DNA of 64,000 bases from Octopus vulgaris (Eukaryota): assembly GCA_951406725.2 (NCBI GenBank), contig OX597821.1:77438001-77502000 (forward strand). Reading direction: 5' to 3'. This document shows positions 12,396 through 25,157 of this stretch, piece by piece (the stretch's first letter is position 1; every line of letters begins with the position of its first letter). Under the pieces are notes generated by a model, which ran no database searches, was not told the origin of the DNA, and saw nothing but the letters and a program-made list of their open reading frames with translations. The position numbers were made by a program, and so were the translations under genes.

Positions 12396-13291
12396 CAGAG
12401 TGTCCGGGCGAAATTTGACAGTTTCCAAAAATGAAATTATAAAAAAAATCGAAAAGTTTGAACTAGATTACGGCTAGTAGATAACAGTTATTCAAAGTAG
12501 CCGCCCCCAGCTTCTACCTGGCCTCAATATGGCTCCGGAACCTGGTGCACACGTTCCTCGCTGTATCTCTGGAAAGATCTTCAAACACCTCCTTGATCTT
12601 GGCCACCAGCTCAGCCTTGGTGTTGCAAGCAGAGCGGTTGGTGACTTTCTCAATTATGCGCTACACGTAATAATCCATGGGATTACAATTCGGCGGTGTG
12701 GGGATATGAGAGCATAAATCAGAGCTGGTGAAGTCGTAGAAATTTACTGACAACAATTTCTGACTCTTTCCAGATGTATGGCAAGGTGCTGAATCCTGCT
12801 ACCACACATATTGCCTTCCAGCAGCAACTCTTTCCAACCAGGATTTGCCCACCGTCTCCAACAACAGTCCTTTTCAACCAGGGTTTGACCACAGTCTCCA
12901 CCATCTTCGCATAGCCATCTGAATTGAGGCTAAGGCAGTTGTTAGAAGAGTGTCCACATACGGTCACAGTCAGAATGCCTGTTGTGTCCCTTCCTGCTAT
13001 TGTAGTCTCCGTTGCAGCTGCTTATGTCACGTCTTATGGCAGTGTCCACAGAGCATTGAGCAGCAATCATGATGTCAGCATTTTAATACCCGGCGGCGCA
13101 AATCATCATGATACAAATAACTGTTTTCCAATATTCAAATGGCTTCCTTTCCTTCCATGTCAGCTAGCTTTTTCTCAACGAAAACTTTAATCTCCATGCT
13201 CTTGAACGTCGTTGATAGTTCATCAATACATCAAGCTGTTCTTGAATAAAGAAAGAAACAAGGAATCGTCAAATTTAACCCGAACACCATG
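12396..13291 (-). mobile_element. Internally deleted Tc1/mariner (maT-like) element
   Basis: TA|cagagtgtccgggcgaaatttgac ... gtcaaatttaacccgaacaccatg|TA TIRs; degenerate transposase (LNSDGYAKMVETVVKPW). Confidence 0.78.
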
Positions 13292-13541
13292 TACTTAATA
13301 CTGATGCTAATACATAAGTAGGTCACGCATTTTGTTGGAATACGATTATAGTCGATTATATTGGCTACAAAGCTTATGGGATTAATAATAACAAAGTCGG
13401 CCTCGACTAAACTGTAAGGGCTGTAAAAAAAGTGTATTACGAACTATACCGTTCTACTTCACTTGCATTTTTGAATAAGTAATGTACTGCCCTAAGTCCC
13501 CAGGACACCTGGGGCATGTTACTCGGTTTCCATGACATATA

Positions 13542-14426
13542 CGTGGTCTGATCAATAAGTATCCGATCTGTTGTCATAGTAACGAAGCTAAAGCATGCAG
13601 AGTAAAGCCGCTTGGCACAGATTGACCTTGAACTCTATTGTACATGCGCACTAAGTTTTAACATACTATCTCACTTCCGCTGTTTACAGCAGTGCTTGGA
13701 AGGAAGGTGTGTAGTGTGTGATAGTCGCATTGACCATGACAGAGAAAGTTGAGCAGAGAATGTCCATCAAATTTTGCCAGAAGTTTGGTGATACCTGCTC
13801 AGAGGCCTGTGCAAAGTTTTCAAAATGCTTTCATCGTTCACCACGCAGCCAAGGAAATCTTGTGCAACGCAAACCCGAGTGTCTTTTTGATCAGCTGAAG
13901 GCAGTCTTGGCACAAACTTGGAAGACACACTCGTCTCATACCCAAATCTTTAGTGATAATAGACTGAACTGAACCGTAACTCATCTGCACATCCTCTGAT
14001 AACTCAGTGATGGTGATTCGAGGATTTCTCCTCACAGCTGCACGGACATCTGCGATGATTTTCTTGGTTTTGCTGGTTGCGGGTCTCTCAAAAGGTTCAT
14101 CAATATCGACATTTTTTCTGTCATCTTGGAAACGTCTGAACCACTCGTACACTTGTGTGCAGCCCATACACTCCTCTCCATACACTTTCTGCAACAGTGT
14201 ATAGGCCTCTGAGCAGGTATCGCCATGACAACTTTCTCTGTCATGGTCAATACGACGATCACACGCTACACACCTTCCTTCTAAGCTGTGGAAGTTAGCT
14301 AGAGCGTTAAAACTTACTGCGCATGCACAGCAGAGGTCAAGGTCAATTTGTGCCAAGCGGCTTTAGTCTACGTGCTTTAGCCTCGTTACTATAGCAACAG
14401 TCCGGATACTTATTGATCAAATCTCT
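13542..14426. mobile_element. Fold-back mariner made of two 5' ends
   Basis: TIR cgtggtctgatcaataagtatccg with ~250-bp inverted arms; N-terminal transposase on both strands (MTEKVEQR..IKFC; VYGEEC..VYEWFRRF..RP.TS..RITI). Confidence 0.85.
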
Positions 14427-14744
14427 TAAGTGACCGAAATCTCAATATTCCCCTTGAATGAGACACCAGTCCGTTGCAGGGTTATATGTTTACAGCTGAG
14501 TGGACTGGAGCAACGTGAAATAAACTGTTTTGCTCAAAAACATAATGCTCTGCCTAGACCAGGAATCGAAACGATGATCTTGCTTGTTCACTAATCCATG
14601 AGCCTTCACAGATTTCGTAGTGTAAGATAAATGGAAAGCGCTCGTGTCCCCTGATATTCCCAAACGTAAAGGAATCCAAATCTTTAACAGTGCATCAAAA
14701 CAACGCTGCTGACGAAATATATCTCGGATCCCTCAAGTGATCCT

Positions 14745-14888
14745 TCTAGGTTGCTAGTAAATAGATGGAAGGAAGTCATAGATAAACAGGGAAAATACAT
14801 GGATGATTAAATTTCAATTAAATATAACATTTGATCACTTGTTTTCTTTATTCAAAATTCGAACAGAACTTAAGGGATGACCTGATAT
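14745..14888 (+). mobile_element. mariner 3'-end fragment
   Basis: LVNRWKEVIDKQGKYMDD* followed by TIR-like gaacttaagggatgacctga|ta. Confidence 0.6.
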
Positions 14889-16064
14889 ATCATTCATTGA
14901 TATTTCACAAACATTCGCATTGATGCTATAGTTTCAAAAAAACTAAAATGTTTATTATTGCAATCGAACAGAAAAGGATAAATATGCTTTTTTTCTGCAA
15001 TCCTCTTTTGGGTCTTTTCAAAAAATTTATCATAATTTCCAAAATAATTCACATATGAAGAAAATTTAAATACAATATATTATTTTACCTCCTAAGACAC
15101 CTGACACAGCCAGAAAATATGAATGAAAAATTTTGCAGTTAAGGAAACTCTTTATTACTCAGGACGCATAAAGCAACGATTTACTAAAAGGCTGTAAACA
15201 AACATGAACGTCTAAGACAAACTTATGAAAGTGTTTTGGACATGGAAAGGGTTAAATTTAGTCGGAGCAGTATCTGTGATCAGCTAACACATTCGGCTGT
15301 TCATTGGAATTTCGGTGGTACAAGCTTATCTAGTGACTTCGTTGCGTCATTTCTCCAGCTCCAATGAGAGAGTCTCTACGTTGATCTGCTGCAAACAACA
15401 ACCAAATTTTGTTCAAATATCCCCTTACTCTCTTAAAAAAGCAGGTCACTTTGGGAAATGAAGTCCCATATACATCGTGTCACCGTATCGTCCTAGAAAT
15501 AAAGACAGCATCGGTATAGTCGTTCCAAATGCGCTGCATGGTTAATAGAATAGATGGTCACGACTGAAACGCCTTTGATCATAGGTTTTTGATCATTGTT
15601 GACGTGGTGTTAAATAGCTGAGTATTTCAAATTGTTTCAGTTTCGGAGAAGAACGATTAAGAAACATGTCTAGTACCGAATACAATTTAGTCGGGTGACG
15701 AGAAAAGAAAAAAATTTCAAATTTCAAATGTGGCATTTGCCACATCGGCAACGGAGGCGGGGGTACGGAGCTTACTAGAAACTGGAATGGATGTGGTAGC
15801 GGAAGAAGTGACAGAGAAAAGAAACAGCGCCTCTATGAGCGAGTTACTCTCGTACTTTACTAAGTCGGTTGGATGGCCTTTTATTGGTTCTAAACTAGGA
15901 TGCTTGCATATGTAACAGTTTCACCGTACCAGAGGAGGGTTATTCCAGAATAGGTCACAATTTAAACTATTTTAAATGTCAGCAACCGATCAAAACGAAA
16001 GTATTTTCTCGCTCTTTGAAAAAGAAATCTTGTTTTCTGAAGATGCACATTTCGCGGTATTACA

Positions 16065-16118
<54 letters not shown>

Positions 16119-16884
16119 CCATCACGCGAGCGTTATTGAGATTGTGAGGCCGAGAATATGTAACGACTCTGAGAATGTTAACAATGTGTTATTGATATGC
16201 CAGGAAGTTGTAATGCAAAACTGTTTCCTTGTGATACGTAAGCGATAGTGTCTCGGTATTATTTTAAAGACAACTATTTTGCCTTGATTCCATTGGAATA
16301 TATCTTTGAGCTTTCTGTTCTTGGAGACAGTGTAACAGAATGTCGTAAGATGCATGTGGTTGTAGCCTGCAATTGGGTAAGATAAGGGGAAGTAAAGAGT
16401 GATATCAGATATACAGAAATGTGATACTGAAAGCGACGATTCTGAAGGTGATATTTAACCCCATATCAGCTTTGATTGATCAGACCTGTGATGAACGGCG
16501 TTCTAACTGCGAGCATCTCGCCTTCCTTTCGAGTATAGTTTACAAAAAAAAAAAGAGAAAAAAAACACTAATGTATCTTTCGTTTCTATGATAAGAGGCA
16601 ATAAAAGGAGGGAAAACTTGTTATTTCTTCTGTTGGGTGGAGACGAATCCTTCTACATTAGTTTGAGTATGTGTTGTGAGATGCGACAACGAGATCGTGA
16701 AGATACAGTAAAATATGTTATCTAATGAGGATACAAGGGTGAAAGCCACAAAACTGAAGTCATCGTCTTGAGAAAGGTTCTCGTAGAGACATATACTGTC
16801 AAAAGGCACGGATGTATGTCAATTGCATACAGTAAAATACGGCAAAAACAGTTCTGCGCTGTATCAAAAGCTTTATGCATTTCT

Positions 16885-17323
16885 TTTACTGGTTTCAAAA
16901 TTACACAGTGGCCATACTGGGGCACCACTTCGAAGAATTTTCAGTTGAATGAATCGACCTCAGACTTTTTTCTTTTATTTATTTATTTTTTATTATTATT
17001 TTTTTTGTAAGCCAGGCGCTTATTCTATCGGTTTCTTTTTACCGAACTACTGAGTTACGGAAACGTAAATACACTAATACATGTTGTCAAGCGATGGGGG
17101 GGGCGGACACAGACTCAAAAACACTCGCACAGGGACATACATACATACCTACATACACACACGACGGACTTCTTTCAGTTTCCATCTTCTAAAGTCACTC
17201 ACAAGCCTTTAGTCAGCCCGAGGTTATAGTGGAACACACTCGCCCAAGGTGCCACGCTCTGGGATTGAACCCGGAACCATGTGGTTCGGAAGCAAGCTTC
17301 TTACCACAAAGCCACACCTGCGC
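16885..17323 (-). mobile_element. SINE family A copy (diverged)
   Basis: Reverse complement of family A head and tail. Confidence 0.75.
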
Positions 17324-18911
17324 CAATTAATTCGCGTCTACTTTTTGAATATCATTTTTTCGATGTTAACACTTTGGGGTGGGGATTTCTCGTGGGTCAA
17401 TTGGATAGTTAAAATAAATCTACTGCAAGTCCTTCCATATAAAATTAATCCCTACCTTAATCCAGAAATTAATGTCATTTCAAGGATTTCGTATTTAAGG
17501 TCCAGATCGACGCATGACGAGTGAAACTCATGGAAATCACACATTTTGTAAACATTCTTATAAAGATCTTCATAACATTGTTTATAGTAAAGGCGCTAGA
17601 CCTAGTGGTAAAAAATGCTGCGATCGTAAGGTCGGGATTTCGATTACTGGACCAGGCTTTGCAGTATGTTCTTGAGCAAAACACTTCATTTCACGCAATT
17701 CCAGTCTGCTCAGCTGTTAAAGGGTAACCCTGCGACCGATTAATGTCGCGTTCAAGTAAAATGTTTTGATATCGGGTAATCGAGGCAGTAGTTTACTTTA
17801 CTTACTTAACATTTCTTTGTTATATCAAAGAGTTTGATTATGTCTTCGACTTTGTTCCATAGTTAAGGTAACACTCGAAAACACGAGTAAACGAGTAAAG
17901 AAATATTGTCACCGTCCTCATAGCACGGCAGCAACAGCAAGTGCCATTACCATCGTTTGCTTCAGTTTCAGCCACTTTAACCCCTTAACTAGAACTGTTA
18001 TAAGCAAAACGCAACTTGTTTTCGCGCCAGCACACCATAATGACACTTCCATTCGCCAGAGAAGTTTTACTGTTCATTCCACTAAAACAGCTTTTCTAAG
18101 TTTATTGTGACCTAGCAAACTTTGTTAATATGTGATGTTCCCTAGCAAACAGTTTATAAAAGGGAGATAATCACTTCTTGATAATATTTGGTGGGATTAG
18201 CGATTTAAAATAAAAGAATGATGGAAAAGCAACATTTATTTATTTATTTACTTATTTATTTTATTTATTTATTGCTATTCAGCGATAATCGTATATAGCA
18301 CTACTTCATTCTTTTTAGAAACCATCAGCATGGCCTAACCGAAGTACATTAATAAGACATTTTGTGAAACGCGACTTTTCTAATAGATGGTAAAAAAAAT
18401 TACAGACTGGAAAAATTCATGGAATATATGTTTTTCGTTTCTTTCTTTTCTTCCTTTTCCTGCTCAGAACGTTAGTGGATTAGCAATCGAGAGAGAAAAG
18501 AAAATTCTTAGTCTCTACGTGCAAGGTAACAATTCCCAAGGAGTGCCACCTTGTGAAGCTGTCATAAAGTAGCTAATGTTTTAATTTTAGCAACAAACGA
18601 AATCCACAAGCCATTTTCATTATATTCTTTCAAGCATAGATATTGGTTTCAAGCTGCTGTTTCATGGTAGTAATTTCTCGTTACGCAATGGAAGAGATGT
18701 GTCTTCGTAAACATAACGCTTTGACTTTCCATCGACAGTACGTTGGTTATTTCGAATTCACTATCAGAGTTTTTCAAACCCGTAGTGTCTCCTAGCAGGC
18801 AGTTAATGTAAGGAAGATAACCATTTCTTCGTAATATTTGGCAGGATTAGAAGCTGAATTAAGGAATAAGGAAAAAAGCTAATAAGTGTTTAGTAAAGTA
18901 TATGTGTGTGC

Positions 18912-19078
18912 AGGCGCAGAAGTGGCCGTGTGGTAAGTAGCTTGCTTACCAACCACATGGTTCCGGGTTCAGTCCCACTGCGTGACACCTTGGACAAGTG
19001 TCTTTTACTATAGCCTCGGGCTGACCAAAGCCTTGTGAGTGGATTTGGTAGACGGAAACTGAAAGAATCCCGTCGTAC

Positions 19079-19128
<50 letters not shown>

Positions 19129-19329
19129 GTGTGTGTGTATGTTTGTGTGTCAACATCGCTTGACAACTGATACTGGTGTGTTTACGTCTTCGTAACTTAG
19201 CGGTTCGGCAAAAGAGTCCGATAGAATAACTACTAGGCTTACAAAGAATAAGTCCTGGGGTCGATTCGCTCGACTAAAGGCGATGCTCCAGCATGGCCGC
19301 AGTCAAATGACTGAAACAAGTAAAAGAGT
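18912..19329 (+). mobile_element. SINE family A copy
   Basis: Full length with internal (TA)n/(TG)n. Confidence 0.88.
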
Positions 19330-19401
19330 GTATATTTCGGAAAGGCTTGTTATTTATCTGTGTATTACCTATCTTTCTTTCAACAGCAGATCTAACTTTC
19401 A

Positions 19402-19482
<81 letters not shown>

Positions 19483-19483
19483 C

Positions 19484-19515
<32 letters not shown>

Positions 19516-20012
19516 TTATTTATTTATCTATCATTTCAAAGCATTTACATGTCTCTTCACTGCACCGTTTCTCGATCATATTTCTCTTACAAGTGAATCC
19601 ACCCCAACATATCACTTATAGTGATTACAACGACCGCGTATGAGAGCAAACAAAACCCACCTATTCCCCTAGATGGGATTTGAACCCAGAAAAATGAAAC
19701 TCAACATTAGAAGGTATTTAGATAGAGACTATGGCGTTCCTCTAGCGTAACTGTTCCTTAATTAACTTATAGAAATAAACAATTAGCTTAGTTATTATTC
19801 GAAATAACTCTGTTGAATACAGAACTGAGCACCGGAAATATATCTAGTTTTATGGGCGGCAGGTACAGACAGCTGAAACGAAAGACATGCACAGTGTGAG
19901 AGTGGGCGGGAGAGAGACTGGTACATGCATTACAAGTATATACACAAATTTACACACGTAAAGCGTGCGCGCGCACACATGTATATACGGCGTGCGTATT
20001 ATTGTCCGTTTG

Positions 20013-20057
<45 letters not shown>

Positions 20058-20118
20058 ATTCATATATATATATTATATATGTATATAAATATATATATAT
20101 ATATATTATATATGTATA

Positions 20119-20158
<40 letters not shown>

Positions 20159-20489
20159 CAATATATATAAATATATACATATATATATATATATATATAT
20201 TTATATACATATACATATATATATATATATGATATATATATTATATATGTATATATTTATATATATTGTATATATACGTAATATATATATATATAGTGTG
20301 TATATATATATACCAGTCTCTCTCCCGCCCACTATCACTGTATGTCTTATATATATATATGCATATATACACACACACATATAGACGGACAGACATACAC
20401 ACATAGATAGATAGATAGATTGAGATAGATAGATAGATAGATACATACATACATACATACATACATACATACATACATACATACATACA

Positions 20490-20520
<31 letters not shown>

Positions 20521-20698
20521 GTTTTTTTATTGGCCACACAGGGCTGAACACAGAGGGGACAAAATACAAAGAAGAGCTTTTCTTTTTTGGAAGGAAAAAG
20601 AAAAAAGTGGGGTAGAATTTCGATCAAATGTAATTTCGATCAAATACAGCTGATTCGAAGTACTGCCGCCAATTATAATATTGATAAAATATGATATA

Positions 20699-21247
20699 CG
20701 AGGGTGAGTCAAAAAGTAATACCATTTTGTTTAGGACAGGTATAATTACCAACACAGGAACACGTATCATACATCAAAATGAAGCTGGTCCTCTGTAGAT
20801 CACATCCCTACTTCCCAACATAGTTACCGTTTCTCTCAGTAGCAATGTTCCACCTTCGAATGAGAGCATGTATCCCTGCCCCGTAAAATTCTGTTCATTG
20901 TTCTTTCATCCACTTCTTCACTACAGTTTTCACTTCCTCAGCACTGGACTATCATCTCTTCGGCCCCATGAAGGAGGGTTTGAGAGGCAAACATTATTCC
21001 TGTGACGAGAAAGTGAAAATTGTAGTGAAGAAGTGGCTCAAAGAAGAGTCAACGAAATTTTACGGAGCAGGGATGCATACTCTCATTCGAATGTGGAACA
21101 TTACTATTGAGAGGAACGGTGACTATGTTGAGAAGTAGGGATGTGATCCACAGAGGACCAGCTTCACTTTCATGTATGATACATGTTCCTGTGTTGATAA
21201 TTATACCTGTGCTAAACAAAATGGCATTACTTTTTGACTCACGCTCG
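20699..21247. mobile_element. Fold-back mariner MITE made of two 3' ends
   Basis: TA|cgagggtgagtcaaaaagtaat ... attactttttgactcacgctcg|TA; ~240-bp inverted arms; + strand reads DYHLFGPMKEGLRGKHY..ERNGDYVEK* (mariner C-terminus). Confidence 0.88.
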
Positions 21248-21496
21248 TATATATCATATTTAGTATTATATATAACTTAATGTAGGATAAAAAATTTTTC
21301 GGGAAAAAAATTTTATCAATGGCCAGCATATCAAAAAATACCTTTAAAGGTTAAATTTATAAATAATTTACAAGATAAGGGCAAAAGGAAAATTTTAATG
21401 CCTAATATGCCGAAAAAAAGACAAAACTTTTCAATAACCATTATAATTTATGCGTCGCGAAACAAACCGATAGAAATCTCTAAAAAATTCGTTATT

Positions 21497-21553
21497 ACCG
21501 TATTGGTCCAATTTCGGGGTTAATTAATAATAAATTTTCCCCTCTTCAGCGGC
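21497..21553 (-). ncRNA. Minimal type I hammerhead ribozyme
   Basis: gccg CTGAAGA gggg-(AT loop)-cccc GAAA ttggaccaa TA cggt; stem III near-palindrome attggaccaat, AUA cleavage triplet. Confidence 0.75.
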
Positions 21554-22076
21554 AAATACGCGAGATATAAGTGAAATACTTACTCATATCCATGGAAAAA
21601 ACAAGCACTATGTCCTGAGCAGACCTAAGTACCCCAAATATATCCAAAATAGGAAAATCTTCGGCACATCTCGAGCACGTGTGATTCGAACTAGAAACTT
21701 TCACAGAATGAGAGAATCAGGAAGTGAATACTATTCTATTTATAACTTAATGTAGGATAAAAATTTTTTGGGGAAAAAAATTTTATCAATGGCCAGCATA
21801 TCAAAAAATATCTTTAAAGGTTAAATTTATAAATAATTTACAAGATAAGGGCAAAAGAAAAATTCTAATGTCAAATATGCCGAAAAAAAGACAAAACTTT
21901 TCAATAACCATTATAATTTATGCGTCTCGAAACAAACCGATAGAAATCTCGTGTCTCGAGATGTGCCGAAGATTTTTCTATTTTGGATATATTTGGGGTA
22001 CTTAGGTCTGCTCAGGACATAGTGCTTGTTTTTTCCATGGATATGAGTAAGTATTTCACTTATATCTTGCGTATTT

Positions 22077-22133
22077 GCCGCTGAAGAGGAGAAAATTTAT
22101 TATTAATTAACCCCGAAATTGGACCAATACGGT
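22077..22133 (+). ncRNA. Minimal type I hammerhead ribozyme (inverted copy)
   Basis: gccg CTGAAGA ggag...cccc GAAA ttggaccaa TA cggt, with one stem II mismatch. Confidence 0.68.
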
Positions 22134-22278
22134 AATAACGAATTTTTTAGAGATTTCTATCGGTTTGTTTCGAGACGCATAAATTATAATGGTTATTGTA
22201 TAGTATTATATATAGATATATAATATATATGTGTGTATATAAATACTTGTGTGAGGGTACGTATAAGTAAATATCGTT

Positions 22279-22644
22279 ATGGCACTCCGTCGGTTACGAT
22301 GGCGAGGGTTCTAGTTGGTCCGATCAACGGAACAGCCTGCTCGTGAAATTAACGTGCAAGTGACTGAGCACTCCACAGACACGTGTATCCTTAACGTAGT
22401 TCTCGGGGAGATTCAACGTGACACAGAGTGTGACAAGGCTGGCCGCTTTGAAATAGAGGTACAACAACAGAAACAGGAAGAAACACTGAGAGAAAGTCGC
22501 GGTGAAAGAGTACAGTAAGGTTAGCCACCAGCCCCTGCCGGTGCCTTGTGATTTCACTCAATAAACACTCAGAACTCCCGGTCTGGGAATCGAAACCGCG
22601 ATATTCTACGACAGCGAATCCACTGCCTTAACCGCTGCGCTTCC
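22279..22644 (-). mobile_element. SINE family B copy
   Basis: Reverse complement of 53957-54312. Confidence 0.8.
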
Positions 22645-22667
22645 ATATACATACATACATACATATA

Positions 22668-23165
22668 TCATCATCATCATCATCATCATCATCGTTTAAC
22701 GTCCGTTTTCCGCGCTAGCACGGGTTGGACGGTTTCGACCGGGGGTCTGGGGAGCTCGGGACTGCCCCAGGCTCCAGTCTAGTCTGGCAGTGTTTCTACA
22801 GCTGGATGCCCTTCCTAACGCCAACCACTCCGCGAGTGTAGTGGGTGTTTTTTACGTGCCACCTGCACAGGTGCCAGAGGGGTCTGGCATCGGCCACGTT
22901 CGGATGGTGCTTTTTATGTGGGGGGGGTGCAGAAATATAGGGAAGCACCAGTGGGGAGGGGTGGTTCAGAGAAATGATGACAGGTTCTAGGCAAGTAGAA
23001 CGTAGGATATCGAGAGAGGGGTAATGCATGGTGAAATAGCGTATTGAAGAGGGGGGTCGAAGAGTAGACACCTATAATGGTGGTGGGAGAAGCGACATCC
23101 GGTATAGATGGAGCAAAAATATAGATATCCAGTATTGGTGGTGGGGGTGGGTAGGGCGGGTGCAC
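22668..23165 (-). mobile_element. Non-autonomous LINE/SINE-like body with (GAT)n tail
   Basis: Minus strand ggttggcgttaggaagggcatccagc motif, GC-rich 3' region and (GAT)n tail. Confidence 0.6.
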
Positions 23166-23335
23166 CGCGAAGATACGAATGTTGATTAATACGAGGAGAA
23201 ATGATATGAAATGAATAAGATTAGATAAGATAGACAGATAGAGAAATTTGATAAAATTATGAATGGTCAGTAAAGAGTTGAAAATAGCAATTCAAAACAC
23301 CTATCTTGTTCGCAATCGGAAATTCACAGCTTGTA

Positions 23336-23377
<42 letters not shown>

Positions 23378-23895
23378 TACATGTGAATTAGGGAGAAAAG
23401 GCTTCAAGATGGCGCGAAGATACGAATGTTGATTAATACGAGGAGAAATGATATGAAATGAATAAGATTAGATAAGATAGACAGATAGAGAAATTTGATA
23501 AAATTATGAATGGTCAAAGATAGACAGAGAAATTTGATAAAATTATGAATGGTCAGTAAAGAGTTGAAAATAGCAATTCAAAACACCTATCTTGTTAGCA
23601 ATCGGAAATTCACAGCTTGTAGATGAGAGAGAGAGAGAGAGAGAGAGATAGTACATGTGAATTAGGGAGAAAAGGCTTCAAGATGGCGCGAAGATACGAA
23701 TGTTGATTAATACGAGGAGAAATGATATGAAATGAATAGGATTAGATAAGATAGACAGATAGAGAAATTTGATAAAATTATGAATGGTCAAAGATAGACA
23801 GAGAAATTTGATAAAATTATGAATGGTCAGTAAAGAGTTGAAAATAGCAATTCAAAACACCTATCTTGTTCGCAATCGGAAATTCACAGCTTGTA

Positions 23896-23929
<34 letters not shown>

Positions 23930-24173
23930 TACATGTGAATTAGGGAGAAAAGGCTTCAAGATGGCGCGAAGATACGAATGTTGATTAATACGAGGAGAAA
24001 TGATATGAAATGAATAGGATTAGATAAGATAGACAGATAGAGAAATTTGATAAAATTATGAATGGTCAAAGATAGACAGAGAAATTTGATAAAATTATGA
24101 ATGGTCAGTAAAGAGTTGAAAATAGCAATTCAAAACACCTATCTTGTTCGCAATCGGAAATTCACAGCTTGTA

Positions 24174-24213
<40 letters not shown>

Positions 24214-24457
24214 TACATGTGAATTAGGGAGAAAAGGCTTCAAGATGGCGCGAAGATACGAATGTTGATTAATACGAGGAGAAATGATATGAAATGAATA
24301 AGATTAGATAAGATAGACAGATAGAGAAATTTGATAAAATTATGAATGGTCAAAGATAGACAGAGAAATTTGATAAAATTATGAATGGTCAGTAAAGAGT
24401 TGAAAATAGCAATTCAAAACACCTATCTTGTTCGCAATCGGAAATTCACAGCTTGTA

Positions 24458-24491
<34 letters not shown>

Positions 24492-24759
24492 TACATGTGA
24501 ATTAGGGAGAAAAGGCTTCAAGATGGCGCGAAGATACGAATGTTGATTAATACGAGGAGAAATGATATGAAATGAATAGGATTAGATAAGATAGACAGAT
24601 AGAGAAATTTGATAAAATTATGAATGGTCAAAGATAGACAGAGAAATTTGATAAAATTATGAATGGTCAGTAAAGAGTTGAAAATAGCAATTCAAAACAC
24701 CTATCTTGTTCGCAATCGGAAATTCACAGCTTGTAGATGAGAGAGAGAGAGAGAGAGAG

Positions 24760-24760
<1 letters not shown>
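23166..24760. repeat. Tandem array of ~5.8 monomers of about 245-285 bp
   Basis: Units start near 23166, 23413, 23687, 23965, 24249, 24527; near-identical except for (GA)n length; each full unit carries caagatggcg. Confidence 0.95.
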
Positions 24761-24809
<49 letters not shown>

Positions 24810-24812
<3 letters not shown>

Positions 24813-25088
24813 TAGAAAAAAAACACCTTTTATCAAATCAAAATGAAAAATTGAATGACACTATCTACAAAATTACATATAATAGAAATATTAAATATAA
24901 GATAAAAAATATACCGATGATTAAGTAATCTGCAAAATAATAAATAAAATGTATATATTTGCTAGAATAACGACACGTGTTTCGTGGCTATATTTAAGAA
25001 ATGATTATATATATATTATATTTTGTGAAATTTGATTTAGTATTTCTAAATTGAATTTTTCCCTGTAAGTTTGGAATAATATTCCCTC

Positions 25089-25092
<4 letters not shown>
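24810..25092 (-). mobile_element. (TA)n-embedded PLE-tail-like fragment
   Basis: Flanked by (TA)n; half HHR GAAACacgtGTC on minus strand; ends homologous to 44350-44468 and 31201-31397. Confidence 0.5.
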
Positions 25093-25136
<44 letters not shown>

Positions 25137-25157
25137 GTTACATTACTCGATAGTCAA

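Larger units (their letters stand above)
21271..22198 (-). mobile_element. Non-coding retrozyme-like / non-autonomous PLE unit (partial tandem plus inversion, two HHRs)
   Basis: 21271-21480 repeated at 21741-21950 (period 470); 21433-21675 inverted at about 21955-22198; no ORF; TA-rich flanks. Confidence 0.75.

Noticed and set aside
18105-18150. Paired cctagcaaac RFX-like sites in unique DNA
   Set aside because: Imperfect match to the X-box and no independent support
23166-24760. CRISPR-like array
   Set aside because: Units are ~278-bp near-identical monomers with no unique spacers, no cas genes, and a eukaryotic context
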